64,000 nt of DNA from Candidatus Latescibacterota bacterium (GTDB taxonomy: Bacteria; Latescibacterota; UBA2968). Each line of letters opens with the position of its first letter. Within the stretch, counting starts at the first letter, position 1. Below, one piece after another: positions 36,817 to 47,010 of the stretch. A program made the translations under genes and the position numbers. The DNA is taken from contig OZ242195.1 in the NCBI GenBank assembly GCA_965205975.1, positions 5,376,001 through 5,440,000 on the forward strand, read 5' to 3'. The notes beneath the pieces were generated by a model, which saw only the letters and a program-made list of their open reading frames with translations, was not told where the DNA came from and did not search any database.

Positions 36817-38286
36817 CTAACCGACGCTGCCTTCGAGGCTGATGCCGAGGAGTTTTTGGGCTTCGACTGCAAATTCCATGGGCAGTTCTGCGAGGACTTC
36901 TTTGCAGAAGCCGTTGACGATCATTGAGACGGCGTCTTCTGTGGAGATGCCGCGCTGGTTGCAATAGAAGATCTGGTCTTCGCCAATTTTGGATGTGGTG
37001 GCTTCGTGTTCGACCTGCGCGGATGGGTTGCGCACGTCGATATAGGGAAAGGTGTGTGCGCCGCACTGGTCGCCGATGAGCATGGAGTCGCATTGGGTAA
37101 AGTTTCTGGCGTTGTGCGCGCCTTTGAGCACTTGCACGGCGCCGCGATAGGTGTTTTGTCCACGCAGGGCGGATATGCCTTTGGAGATGACGGTACTTCG
37201 GGTGTTTTTCCCAATGTGGATCATTTTTGTGCCGGTGTCTGCCTGTTGCTTGAGGGAGGTGACGGCGACAGAGTAAAATTCGCCAACTGAGTTGTCACCC
37301 TGAAGAATGCAACTGGGATATTTCCAGGTGATGGCCGATCCGGTTTCGACCTGTGTCCAGGAGATTTTGGAATTTGCGCCCCGGCAGGCACCGCGTTTGG
37401 TGACAAAGTTATAGATGCCGCCTTTGCCGTCTATGTCGCCGGGATACCAGTTTTGGACGGTGGAGTATTTGATCTGTGCATTGTCGAGTGCGACGAGTTC
37501 GACCACGGCGGCGTGAAGTTGATTTTCATCGCGCATTGGCGCCGTACACCCTTCCAAATACGATACATAAGCACCTTCTTCGGCGATGACGAGCGTGCGC
37601 TCAAATTGTCCGGTGTTGGCGGCGTTGATGCGGAAATAAGTCGATAATTCCATTGGACAGCGCACGCCTTTGGGGATATAACAGAAGGATCCATCGCTAA
37701 AGACAGCCGAGTTGAGGGCGGCAAAATAATTGTCGGTGTGCGGGACGACAGAACCGAGATACTGGCGCACGAGGTCGGGGTGATCTTGTACGGCTTCTGA
37801 AAAAGAGCAAAAGATAACGCCTGCTTCTGCCAGTGTTTCCTTAAAGGTGGTAGCGACCGAGACGCTGTCAAAGACCGCATCGACAGCCACACCGGCGAGC
37901 ATTTTTTGCTCTTCGAGGGGGATGCCGAGTTTTTCATAGGTGGCGAGCAGTTCGGGATCGACTTCGTCCAGGCTTGCGGGACCATCGCCTGCGTTTTTCG
38001 GTGCTGAGTAATACACGATGCTTTGATAGTCGATATCGGGATAGGTAACCATGGCCCACTGTTCGCTTTTTTTGCGTTTGAGCGGGTCTGTCATGGTCAG
38101 CCAGTGGCGATAGGCTTTTAAACGCCATTCGAGCAGCCAATCGGGTTCATTTTTTTTCTCTGAAATAAATCGAATAATATCTTCATTCAGACCTGGGGGT
38201 GCAGATTCTTGCTCGATATCTGTCACCCATCCAAATTTGTAATCACTCGTTGCGAGCGTTTCAAGTTCCTGGGTCTGTGAACTCAT
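36817..38286 (-). CDS. sufB: Fe-S cluster assembly protein SufB
   Basis: [44 protein letters not shown] 38286 with SD AAGGAG. Confidence 0.97.
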   Translation of the reverse strand: MSSQTQELETLATSDYKFGWVTDIEQESAPPGLNEDIIRFISEKKNEPDWLLEWRLKAYRHWLTMTDPLKRKKSEQWAMVTYPDIDYQSIVYYSAPKNAGDGPASLDEVDPELLATYEKLGIPLEEQKMLAGVAVDAVFDSVSVATTFKETLAEAGVIFCSFSEAVQDHPDLVRQYLGSVVPHTDNYFAALNSAVFSDGSFCYIPKGVRCPMELSTYFRINAANTGQFERTLVIAEEGAYVSYLEGCTAPMRDENQLHAAVVELVALDNAQIKYSTVQNWYPGDIDGKGGIYNFVTKRGACRGANSKISWTQVETGSAITWKYPSCILQGDNSVGEFYSVAVTSLKQQADTGTKMIHIGKNTRSTVISKGISALRGQNTYRGAVQVLKGAHNARNFTQCDSMLIGDQCGAHTFPYIDVRNPSAQVEHEATTSKIGEDQIFYCNQRGISTEDAVSMIVNGFCKEVLAELPMEFAVEAQKLLGISLEGSVG

Positions 38287-38330
38287 TGTAGCACTCCTTT
38301 TGAGGTCTAAAAAGTAGTCGCGCAATGGCT

Positions 38331-38364
38331 AACTTACCCAAAGCATACAAAAATGTCAAGATTA
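38331..38364 (-). promoter_or_regulatory. suf operon promoter with overlapping Rrf2-type operator candidate
   Basis: TTGACA (38359-38354), 17 nt, TAAGTT (38336-38331); imperfect palindrome AATCTTGAC-ATTTTT-GTATGCTTT over the -35. Confidence 0.55.
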
Positions 38365-38418
38365 AAGACGAAAAAAATAAACAAGGTATTCTACATCTGA
38401 TCGGTCCTGTGCATACGA

Positions 38419-38841
38419 CTATCCCCAGGCCTTGCCGCTGGCACGTCTGCGACGCTTGCTGCCGGGCAGGTCTTTTTTGGCAACGGCAAAGCCGAGTAGC
38501 CCTTTTTGCCCGAGTTTTTTGAGATAGGCGAGGAGTGATATTTCGGCTTCTTTTACATTGAGTTGGTGGGTTTTGCTCAGGCGTCTGATGATGGCTTCGA
38601 CGGTTGTGCGCCCGTCGCACATATCCCAGACCTGTGCGCCTATTTCGTCGAGTACCAGTGTTTTCTGTTGGGGGATCCAAAAAATTTTAGATAGCGTGCG
38701 TACTTTCCACGAATCGCCGCGGGTAAGGGTGACGTGGATCTCGCCATCGTCGTTTTTTTCCCATTCGACCTGATTGTTGCGAACGGGTTTGGATTGGAAC
38801 ATGGCCTCGCGACCAATTTTGGGTTGTTTTTTGAATAGCAT
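38419..38841 (-). CDS. PqqD-family (RRE-like) protein
   Basis: LDEIGAQVWDMCDGRTTVEAII..L...H.L...EAE.SL.AYL..L..KGLL winged-helix pattern. Confidence 0.85.
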   Translation of the reverse strand: MLFKKQPKIGREAMFQSKPVRNNQVEWEKNDDGEIHVTLTRGDSWKVRTLSKIFWIPQQKTLVLDEIGAQVWDMCDGRTTVEAIIRRLSKTHQLNVKEAEISLLAYLKKLGQKGLLGFAVAKKDLPGSKRRRRASGKAWG

Positions 38842-38880
38842 AACAGGACTCCGCTGAATAGACAGGGTAAATGTATTCTG

Positions 38881-39822
38881 TCAGGAAATGGCTGTTACAT
38901 CTTTGCAATAGGCATCGAGGTTTGGGGCACCTTCGGATTTTTTCCAGAAGGTCTGTACAACAAAAATTTTATTGGTCTCCATATCGGTCCAAATCCGTCC
39001 CGAAAGATTCTGGCGGGGGCGCATGTTCCAAAAGGGCAAGGGTTGAAGAAAGCCCTGCCATCGGCTTTTAGGATGTCCATTGACCGATAGTACGATGTTG
39101 GTGCCCAGGGTTTGGATATCGGTTTCAATGTGAATATGTCGAAGGTCTTTTGTAAAAAATTCAACATACCATTCATCGAGGTCTTTGCTATTGAGGATTG
39201 TGCGCGCTAAGCTGAAGCGGTCAATATTGAGCCGCGTGCTGTCTTTTTGAAATCTCAAGCCTATATGCCCGGATTTGAGTTCAAAATTTTCGAGTTCGTA
39301 TTCTGGGGGCGATTGGCAGATCATATCGTAGAGTGCCCAGGTCAGGGGGCCGCCGGGCGGGGTGTCTCGAAGGGTGTTGAGGACGAGGGGCAAAACGGCG
39401 TCGAGATTTTCGTCTGTGCGTCCCATAATTCGAATGAAAATGAGCCGATCCGAGGCTGGACTATACGTTGCAAGGGTGTGTACTGTGTAACGCGATTGCC
39501 AAACAAAATACTGCGTGTTTTGCATGGTGGGAAGATCGAGGTCAATGGCTTTGGGGTTGCGTTCAACGCGCAGGCGGCTTTTTTGTTTTTTGGCATTTTT
39601 TGCCAGACCTTCGATGTAGCGATCCACAATTTGCGCCACGCGGTCATCCCCCCGTGCTTCTTTCCATTCGAGTTCGAGGCGTGCAATTTGGGAATCGTCG
39701 AGGCGCACTTCGCCCGAGTTGGCCTCTCCCGATATTTTGCCCGGGTTCCATTCTGATGGTATGGTCAGGCCAATGCCATGCCAGGCAAAGGGTATGTATT
39801 CGTCAAATGTGAGATTTTTCAT
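38881..39822 (-). CDS. Hypothetical protein upstream of the PqqD-family gene
   Basis: 313-aa ORF; two loosely similar halves starting FAWHGIGLTIP.EW and WALYDMICQSP.EY. Confidence 0.7.
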   Translation of the reverse strand: MKNLTFDEYIPFAWHGIGLTIPSEWNPGKISGEANSGEVRLDDSQIARLELEWKEARGDDRVAQIVDRYIEGLAKNAKKQKSRLRVERNPKAIDLDLPTMQNTQYFVWQSRYTVHTLATYSPASDRLIFIRIMGRTDENLDAVLPLVLNTLRDTPPGGPLTWALYDMICQSPPEYELENFELKSGHIGLRFQKDSTRLNIDRFSLARTILNSKDLDEWYVEFFTKDLRHIHIETDIQTLGTNIVLSVNGHPKSRWQGFLQPLPFWNMRPRQNLSGRIWTDMETNKIFVVQTFWKKSEGAPNLDAYCKDVTAIS

Positions 39823-39985
39823 GGTGTTTTTCCGTTCAGTGCTCGTGTGTCTGCGCTCACACAGATAAGATACAAGGGGGTATTTGCGGTGTCAAGAGAG
39901 GATATATAGATGTATTTACGTTGTTTAGAATGGGCGAGATGGGGAAAGACAATACATTTTTTTAAAAATTATTTGAGATGATAAC

Positions 39986-40014
39986 TTGACGGATGCACGA
40001 ACGTTCACTATATT
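39986..40014 (+). promoter_or_regulatory. lexA promoter with a palindrome in the spacer
   Basis: TTGACG-N17-TATATT; GAACGTTC palindrome between -35 and -10. Confidence 0.55.
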
Positions 40015-40069
40015 CAAATGTGCAGGTTATGGATATACGCGTTTTGGACTAATAATAAGGAGGTGTGTT

Positions 40070-40699
40070 ATGCGAAAAAAACTAACTGCGCGCCAACAGG
40101 AGATATACGATTTTATCGCTCAGGTGATTCGCGATCAGGGATATCCGCCTACGATCCGAGAAATTATGGAGGCTTTTGGGATTGCTTCAACCAATGGTGT
40201 GCGAACCACGCTGTCTGCATTGGAAAAGAAAGGGTATATTCGGCGGACTGCTATGTTGTCGCGCAGCATTGAGCTGACGGATTATCAGGCACGCGATGCC
40301 TCGCTTTCCGGGGATGTGCGCGAAGTGCCAGTGATTGGGCGCGTTGCTGCCGGTGAACCGATTCTGGCGATGGAAAATATTGAGAGCACGCTTGCGGTAG
40401 ATTCCGGGTTTGTGCCGCGCGGCGATGTTTTTGCCCTTCAGGTTGAGGGTGATAGCATGCGCGATGCAGGGATATTAGATGGCGATTTTGTGCTCGCGCG
40501 CCATCAAGAATCCGCCCATCAAGGTGAGATTGTCGTGGCTGTGATTGGCGAAGAAGCGACGGTTAAGCGCTACTATCGAGAAGGGTCACAAGTCAAGCTG
40601 ATACCCGAAAATGAAGCCTATCAACCCATTGTGGTGGGTGATAGCCACGAGTCATTCCGAATTGCCGGTAAAATTGTGGGTTTGATGCGATCTTTTTAG
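40070..40699 (+). CDS. lexA: SOS repressor LexA
   Basis: LTARQQEI, GYPPTIREI, VAAG.P (Ala-Gly cleavage site), GDSM (Ser), ATVK (Lys); SD AGGAGG. Confidence 0.96.
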   Translation: MRKKLTARQQEIYDFIAQVIRDQGYPPTIREIMEAFGIASTNGVRTTLSALEKKGYIRRTAMLSRSIELTDYQARDASLSGDVREVPVIGRVAAGEPILAMENIESTLAVDSGFVPRGDVFALQVEGDSMRDAGILDGDFVLARHQESAHQGEIVVAVIGEEATVKRYYREGSQVKLIPENEAYQPIVVGDSHESFRIAGKIVGLMRSF

Positions 40700-40723
40700 A
40701 TGTGGTGGGATGTTTAAGAGCAC

Positions 40724-40755
40724 AAAAGAGAGGTCTTAACAGATCTCTCTTTTTT
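40724..40755. terminator. Bidirectional terminator between lexA and dprA
   Basis: aaaagagag...ctctctttt between convergent genes. Confidence 0.65.
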
Positions 40756-41851
40756 ATTTTTTTATCTTGAAATGCATGCCGGATAGTTGTTCGACAAGGC
40801 CCTTGATTTCGAGGCTCAAGAGGATGTTGAGGGTTTCTCCAGAAGAGAATTCCACAGCTTTGGTGAGGGCATCAATATGTACCGGAGTCGCATCGTCAGA
40901 CGGGTTGGCAAGAGCGTCCCATACGCGTTGTTCTCGGTCAGATAAGACAGGTTGCTCAGAGGGGTGAGGGGGGAGTGCTGGCCGATGTTCAATTTCGTTC
41001 AAGATGTCTTGTGTCGTTTGTACGAGAATGGCTCCCTGGCCGAGGAGGCTATTTGTGCCCTGACTTTTGCCCGAATAAATTGGACCGGGTACGGCAAAGA
41101 CATCGCGGTTCTGGTCAAGTGCAAATTGAGCTGTGATGAGGGCGCCGCTCTGTTTGCCCGCTTCAACAACGACTGTGCCGAGGCTCAAGCCACTGATAAT
41201 GCGGTTGCGTCTTGGAAAGTTGTGGGCTTCTGGGGTAGTGCCCATTGGGAATTCTGAGAAAGCCACACCGCGTTCACATATTTGTTGAAATAGGGTGCGA
41301 TTTTCAGGTGGATAAGGACAATCCAGGCTGCTGCCGAGTACTGCTGCTGTTGCGCCGTGTTCGAGTGCCCCCCGGTGTGCATGGGTATCAATGCCAACGG
41401 CCATGCCGCTGACCACTGTGACCCCTGCTCTGGCGAGATCACTTCCCAGGCGATGCGCGGTTTCTCGTCCATAAGTCGTGAAAGAGCGCGAACCGACAAT
41501 GCTGATGGTAGGGCTGTGACACAGGCTTATATCGCCTTTTGCAAAGAGCAGAGGTGGTGGGGCGTAGATTTGATTTAGTATTTCGGGATAGAGGGGATCG
41601 GTGAGCGTGCAGATCTGGATGTCGAGGTCTTTTGCGCGTGCGATTTGATCTCGCGCCCATGTCCAGTTCCGTTTGGTAGAGATAGATTGCGCGGTGCTGG
41701 GGCCAATACCGGGGATCTCGCACAGCGCTCTGGGAGATTGGGAAAGAATATTTTCCGGCGTTTCAAAATGTTCGAGAAGAGCGCAATAGGCAGCGGGACC
41801 CAGGCCCGGTACCGCGTAGAGTACCAGCCAGGATAGGGTGTGGTCACACAT
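40754..41851 (-). CDS. dprA: DNA-processing protein DprA
   Basis: IVGSR, VSGMAVGID..AH, FPRRNRIISGLS, VVEA...SGALITA, FAVPG. Confidence 0.96.
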   Translation of the reverse strand: MCDHTLSWLVLYAVPGLGPAAYCALLEHFETPENILSQSPRALCEIPGIGPSTAQSISTKRNWTWARDQIARAKDLDIQICTLTDPLYPEILNQIYAPPPLLFAKGDISLCHSPTISIVGSRSFTTYGRETAHRLGSDLARAGVTVVSGMAVGIDTHAHRGALEHGATAAVLGSSLDCPYPPENRTLFQQICERGVAFSEFPMGTTPEAHNFPRRNRIISGLSLGTVVVEAGKQSGALITAQFALDQNRDVFAVPGPIYSGKSQGTNSLLGQGAILVQTTQDILNEIEHRPALPPHPSEQPVLSDREQRVWDALANPSDDATPVHIDALTKAVEFSSGETLNILLSLEIKGLVEQLSGMHFKIKK

Positions 41852-41905
41852 AATGTCTCGTTTGGGGTGAAGGTTTTTAGGGATATAGACAGCAATGTTT
41901 ATGCC

Positions 41906-41936
41906 AAAAAAAAAGCCCGTTAAATGGGCTTTTTTT
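41906..41936. terminator. Intrinsic terminator after the sulfatase gene
   Basis: A9-gccc-loop-gggc-T7. Confidence 0.6.
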
Positions 41937-42008
41937 CTTTTTTATGTGAATATTTTGTTCACAATGCGGATGATGGGTTGAAATATTTGAATACTGGAAG
42001 AGAAGGAT

Positions 42009-43487
42009 TCAGTCTCTTGAATATCCGGGGATATTGTAGAGAGGAACTGCCCATCCCGCATCCTGAATTAACAAATTTGCATCCACGCTTTTGGGTTCAG
42101 AAATCGCGCCAAAGTCTTTCCATTGGTTGCCATCCAGGGGGTCGGTATAGCTTTCGTTTTGGAAAAAGCCAATTAGATTTTCGCGCATTGTTTTTATTTC
42201 TGAGGCGTACAAAATATTGTACGCACAGTTGCGCGTTTCCGCTGCATCTGTGCGGTGATCAAGCAGGTATTCCTTCTGGTCGCCCGCCGAATATATATAT
42301 TTCAAATTGCCGTTATAGGCCATGTACATGCCGCGTTGTCCGCGCTGAATCTGACCGTAAATCATTCGTTCACGCCCATTGCCGACGAGATCGGCCATGT
42401 CCAGGCCGTCTAAATCTGCTTTGTGATCGGAAATACCTGCTGCGCCCAAAAATGTGGGGATCAGGTCCATTAATCCACACGGTGTTTCTTCTACGGCACC
42501 GCGAGGGAAGCGCTCGGGATATCGCACCAGCATGGGCACTCGGGCTGCTGCATCGAGAAAGCTGCGTTTGCCAAAACAGTTGTAATCCCCCAATAGTTCA
42601 CCGTGATCCGATGACCAGGCAATAAGGGTGTTGTCCAGTTCGCCCTGTTGTTCGAGTTCGTCAATGATTCGGCCCACGCTGTAGTCGATGAACGATATAC
42701 ACGCCCAGTAATACCCGCGCATGACCTGTAACATGCGATTATCCAATCCCGCATCGCGGTACTTGTACCGGTTCTGATGGCGGTTGAAATGCGTCCACAG
42801 GTCTTCCATGTTATCGGGGCGTTTGGGAAAGGGCATCAAGGCACCGCGATAGAGTTTGTTCCAGGGCGTTGGCGGTGAAAAGGGTGGGTGCGGATGGATA
42901 AAACTCGACCAGAGGAAGAACGGTTTGGATGTATCGCGATTTTTCAGAAAGTCAATGCTGCGATCCGCGACCCAGGCTGTTGGATGATGGCGTGCGGGAA
43001 GTTGTGAAATTTGCGGGATATAATACATTTCTCCTCTTGCGCCCATTGGGTCGTGTACATAGTCATAGCCATGGGCATGTAGATATTGTAGATAATCGTT
43101 TGCATCAGTTGCTCCCGAGATTTCTTCCTGTACATCTCGTGCGTGAAACCCCCGCAATCCTGTTCGATCACCGGTAAAGTGCATTTTGCCCGCGCCGTGA
43201 CAGAGGTATCCACCCTGTGCGAGGAGGTCCATCAGAGATGGGCGGTCTGTGGGTTGTGGAAATCCATTGTCAAAGCACCCATTTTTGTGCGGATACTGCC
43301 CGGTGATAAGGGATGCCCGCGCCGATACACAAACGGGCGATGGCGTATATCCCCTGGTAAAATTCACTCCTTCATGACACAATCGATCCATTACTGGCGT
43401 GCGAATATGCGGATTGCCAGCCGCGTGAATGGTGTCCCAGCGTTGCTGGTCGGTAAATACGAATAGAATATTGGGTTGTTTGGACAT
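42009..43487 (-). CDS. Sulfatase (Cys-type)
   Basis: PNILFVFTDQQR, CVSARASLITG, GKMH, PHPP, SDHG. Confidence 0.93.
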   Translation of the reverse strand: MSKQPNILFVFTDQQRWDTIHAAGNPHIRTPVMDRLCHEGVNFTRGYTPSPVCVSARASLITGQYPHKNGCFDNGFPQPTDRPSLMDLLAQGGYLCHGAGKMHFTGDRTGLRGFHARDVQEEISGATDANDYLQYLHAHGYDYVHDPMGARGEMYYIPQISQLPARHHPTAWVADRSIDFLKNRDTSKPFFLWSSFIHPHPPFSPPTPWNKLYRGALMPFPKRPDNMEDLWTHFNRHQNRYKYRDAGLDNRMLQVMRGYYWACISFIDYSVGRIIDELEQQGELDNTLIAWSSDHGELLGDYNCFGKRSFLDAAARVPMLVRYPERFPRGAVEETPCGLMDLIPTFLGAAGISDHKADLDGLDMADLVGNGRERMIYGQIQRGQRGMYMAYNGNLKYIYSAGDQKEYLLDHRTDAAETRNCAYNILYASEIKTMRENLIGFFQNESYTDPLDGNQWKDFGAISEPKSVDANLLIQDAGWAVPLYNIPGYSRD

Positions 43488-43506
43488 TCTCAACTCCTTG
43501 GAAAAT

Positions 43507-44787
43507 TTAATAATCTGACGCTTTCATGTAAAAACACAGCCAAAATCCCACCAAAACGGTTGTGGCAGATAGGGCAAACACACCTTGGAGATGTACGAGG
43601 TCTGCGAGTACGCCTCCAAATATGGGATAGAGCGAACCAATGCCCAGCACAGTGTTGGTGATGCCGATATAGGTTGGGCGGCGCTCTGCTGGCGCGATGT
43701 CCAAAAGATAACTTTTGAATCCGATGAAGATGCCTGTTGTCGTTCCGCCTATTAAGAGAAAAATTGGCGAAAAACACGCCGCGATTATCCACTCAGAAGT
43801 CTGTCTTAAGAAACTCGCCTGGTTGCTCAAGATCAATGCCATACACGGAATTAAAGCCACGCCCAGCACGGCGAACAAGACCACGCGGTGGTTTCCGTAG
43901 TTGAGAGAGAGTCTTCCCCATATCACATTAAAAATAGCTGCGCCTATGGTTTGTATGGCTAAAAAGAAGCCGACTGTGCTTTCCGAGATGTAAAATGTCT
44001 CCTGGGCGAGTACTACGTAAAATGGAAGTGAGAATCCGATGCCCGATGCCAGCATTTGAACCAGTAGAAACCGAGCAAAATTGTGATCGCGACGCAACAA
44101 TAGGGGGATACCGCGAATTACCTGAATGGCATTGCGGTGGGTCGTGCCCATATCACCCTCTGGCTCTCGAACCAGACAAAAACACCCGATGCCCAGGCTC
44201 ATCATTCCGGCGCCCAGCGCGAAGATCATGACGTAATTTACCGGAAAGTCATAACCGTTCTCCGAGTCGAGAAAATACTTGACCAATATGCCTGCGAGAA
44301 TGCTCAATATGCCGCCGAGAAATGAACGGGATGCGTAAAACAATCCCGTGTGTGACCTCGGCAGAGATCTGCCCACGATATCTGTATAGGCATTGCCCGC
44401 GGGGCCTCCAAAAAGAGAAGCAATGCCATATAGAATGAGAAAACTGCTCAATACCAGACTGGGCCGTTCGAGTCCGTACCACGCAAGCAGTAGCACGGTG
44501 GTCCAGATCAGCGACATACGCATGAGGTTGGCCTGCCTGTAAACAGGTAGCCGACGCGCACGCCGCTCCAGATATCCCGCTACGAACAATTGGGGCAAAT
44601 GCCAACCTGCGCGGTGTAGAGAAGAGGCCAGACCGACCAGCGTATCTGAGGTTGTAAAGTGCCGAATAAAAACGGGTAAGACTGTGGTGGGGTCTAAAAA
44701 CGCCGTGCCAAATGCAAAGATGCCGCCATTTAATGTTCCCACAATAAAGTTGAAGCGCGCATTGCCCTTTTCAGGTAAGAATCCCAA
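43507..44787 (-). CDS. MFS transporter
   Basis: About 12 hydrophobic segments; DPTTVLPVF, LLDIAP..RRPTYIG. Confidence 0.85.
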   Translation of the reverse strand: MGFLPEKGNARFNFIVGTLNGGIFAFGTAFLDPTTVLPVFIRHFTTSDTLVGLASSLHRAGWHLPQLFVAGYLERRARRLPVYRQANLMRMSLIWTTVLLLAWYGLERPSLVLSSFLILYGIASLFGGPAGNAYTDIVGRSLPRSHTGLFYASRSFLGGILSILAGILVKYFLDSENGYDFPVNYVMIFALGAGMMSLGIGCFCLVREPEGDMGTTHRNAIQVIRGIPLLLRRDHNFARFLLVQMLASGIGFSLPFYVVLAQETFYISESTVGFFLAIQTIGAAIFNVIWGRLSLNYGNHRVVLFAVLGVALIPCMALILSNQASFLRQTSEWIIAACFSPIFLLIGGTTTGIFIGFKSYLLDIAPAERRPTYIGITNTVLGIGSLYPIFGGVLADLVHLQGVFALSATTVLVGFWLCFYMKASDY

Positions 44788-44917
44788 GGAATTGTCCCTA
44801 CACCCAATGAACTGCTAAGTAGTTATACGCTGTTCTACAATATAAAGCTTCTTGACAATCGGAAAACTCATTTCTATATCTTGGTTATAGATCAATTTTT
44901 AGTATGAGGAGAATCCT

Positions 44918-45388
44918 ATGTCCAAAATTATTTATCTCGCCAGTCCCTACGGTTTTTCGTCTCAACAGAAACAGAAACTTTTGCCCGAGTTTGTTCAGGT
45001 GCTCGAGTCTCTCGGCGCAGAAGTGTGGGAGCCTTTTGATCGCAATAATCAGATTGATAAGGCACAGCCTGGATGGGCGTATCAAATCGGGCAGGCAGAT
45101 GTGCGCGATGTCAAAGAATCAGACGCGATATTTGCCATTGTCAATGGTACGCCGCCCGATGAAGGTGTGATGGTTGAGCTTGGGATTGCCATTGCTTTGG
45201 GAAAAAAGACATTTCTCTTTCGAGACGATTTTCGCCGCTGTACCGATTCAGAAGACTATGCGCTTAACCTTATGCTTTTTACTGGTCTGCCAGAACACGG
45301 CTGGGAAGATTATTATTACACCTCTTTGGATGAAGTGGCCGATCCGGATAAGGCTCTGGTGCGCTGGCTGAATGGAGCGGTAGATTGA
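44918..45388 (+). CDS. Nucleoside 2-deoxyribosyltransferase family protein
   Basis: IYLASPYGF, D..DV..SDA, PDEGVMVELGIA.ALGK, NLM. Confidence 0.9.
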   Translation: MSKIIYLASPYGFSSQQKQKLLPEFVQVLESLGAEVWEPFDRNNQIDKAQPGWAYQIGQADVRDVKESDAIFAIVNGTPPDEGVMVELGIAIALGKKTFLFRDDFRRCTDSEDYALNLMLFTGLPEHGWEDYYYTSLDEVADPDKALVRWLNGAVD

Positions 45389-45404
45389 CGATATGATGTG
45401 TTCT

Positions 45405-45436
45405 AAAAAAAGGGCGACCAAAAGGTCGCCTTTTTT
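45405..45436. terminator. Bidirectional terminator
   Basis: A7-gggcgacc-aaaa-ggtcgcc-T6 between convergent genes. Confidence 0.75.
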
Positions 45437-45453
45437 ATTGTATTTGCTATGTA

Positions 45454-46815
45454 TTACCGCGCGGCCTCTATGGCCTCGGCTTTCATTTTTTCCCTCTCCA
45501 CATCATCCTGCCATCGCGCTTGAATATCTTCGCGCAAACGCCAGAGTGGATCAAAATAAAAGAAAAAAGTATCGGGTTTTACGACGGGACTGATATAAAC
45601 GGCGATTCCAGTTTCCCTGTTGTAATATTCATAGGAGTGCGCGTCTCGTTTTCCGCCACCACCCAATGTATCTACAATAAATGTGGGCATGTTAAACCCG
45701 GATGTGGTGCCGCGTATGGTTTTTTCAATGGCGAGGCCATCGTCGAGCGTTGTGCGCAGGTCTTCAACGCCGCGCACGAGGTCGTGGAAATATACATAAT
45801 AGGGTTGTACGTTTAAGTAGCTCAACCGCTTGACCAGGAGTCTCATCGTCTCGGTGCTGTTATTTACGCCGCTTTGAAGTACTGCCTGGTTGCGTATTGT
45901 TATTCCGCGCGACTGTAGCCGATTAAGCCCATCTTGGGTAATGCCGGTGATTTCAGCGGGGTGATTAAAATGGGTGTGTAGGACGACTTCTTTGTGCATT
46001 TTGCGCCCGCGATCTACCACGCGCGTCAGCGCATCTACCCAGTCATCATCTGTGACGAGTTTTTGCGGCATGACTGCCGGGCCTTTGGTCGCAAAGCGAA
46101 ATCGCCGAATGTGGTCAATATCCAGCAGACGATTGCCCAGTTCTTCGAGTTGATCGGCTTTGAGCTGGTACATGTCGCCGCCGCTGACCACTACGTCTTC
46201 GATTTCGGGACGCGATTGAATATACCCAATCGCATCGTCCCATCGCGCGCGATTGACTCGCAGATTAACTTTTTCCACATCTTCTGTATCCAGCCCCACG
46301 GCATAGCTGCGGGTGCAAAATCGGCAATATACGGGACAGGTGTCGAGTACGAGGAATAACACGCGGTCTGGATAGCGATGTGTCAAGCCAGCAACAGGAG
46401 CATCCCCCAATTCATTGAGCGAATCGAGGTGCAGTTCGGGATGATCGTGTTCTTGCTCGCATCTGAGAGACAAAAATTGTTTGCGAAGCGGATCGCGATA
46501 CGGGTCATCCCAATTGATCAAGCTCGTGATATACGGCGAGATTCGCACGCTCATGGGCGCGTGTTGCAGACCCGCTGCGACTTCCTGATAAAAGTCATTG
46601 GGTACCCGATTCTCAAGTACTCGCATCAATTTGCCCACGCTGGTTATTGAATGGCGCATTTGAAAGATGTGCGAGTGAAAGGTGTGCGCGTCTATGTTTG
46701 CAAAAGCGGGGATATGTCGCCAGAATTCGTCCCGACGCAACTCGCGATGCGCGAGATCCTCGGGGTCAACGGGCGGTTTTGTGCGATGTGAATACGCGGT
46801 TTCGGTAATAGCCAT
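45454..46815 (-). CDS. KamA family radical SAM aminomutase
   Basis: THRYPDRVL, CPVYCRFC, SGGD, HTHFNHP.EI, NQAVL, GGGGK. Confidence 0.92.
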   Translation of the reverse strand: MAITETAYSHRTKPPVDPEDLAHRELRRDEFWRHIPAFANIDAHTFHSHIFQMRHSITSVGKLMRVLENRVPNDFYQEVAAGLQHAPMSVRISPYITSLINWDDPYRDPLRKQFLSLRCEQEHDHPELHLDSLNELGDAPVAGLTHRYPDRVLFLVLDTCPVYCRFCTRSYAVGLDTEDVEKVNLRVNRARWDDAIGYIQSRPEIEDVVVSGGDMYQLKADQLEELGNRLLDIDHIRRFRFATKGPAVMPQKLVTDDDWVDALTRVVDRGRKMHKEVVLHTHFNHPAEITGITQDGLNRLQSRGITIRNQAVLQSGVNNSTETMRLLVKRLSYLNVQPYYVYFHDLVRGVEDLRTTLDDGLAIEKTIRGTTSGFNMPTFIVDTLGGGGKRDAHSYEYYNRETGIAVYISPVVKPDTFFFYFDPLWRLREDIQARWQDDVEREKMKAEAIEAAR

Positions 46816-47010
46816 CTTGCTGCCTTTTTAATTAGAATACAGAGTAAGGAGTGGTTTCGCCATACTGCGTGTGTGCCTGTGCGCAAACTATCTATAATAC
46901 ACCCACAGTATATGTCTGTCAAGTCTGGGCGTGGACAAAAACCTTGTCCGACCCGTTTGTTTATTTTACTTTAGAAAATCTGTTGCTATCATTTTGAATG
47001 GAATTTTTTT

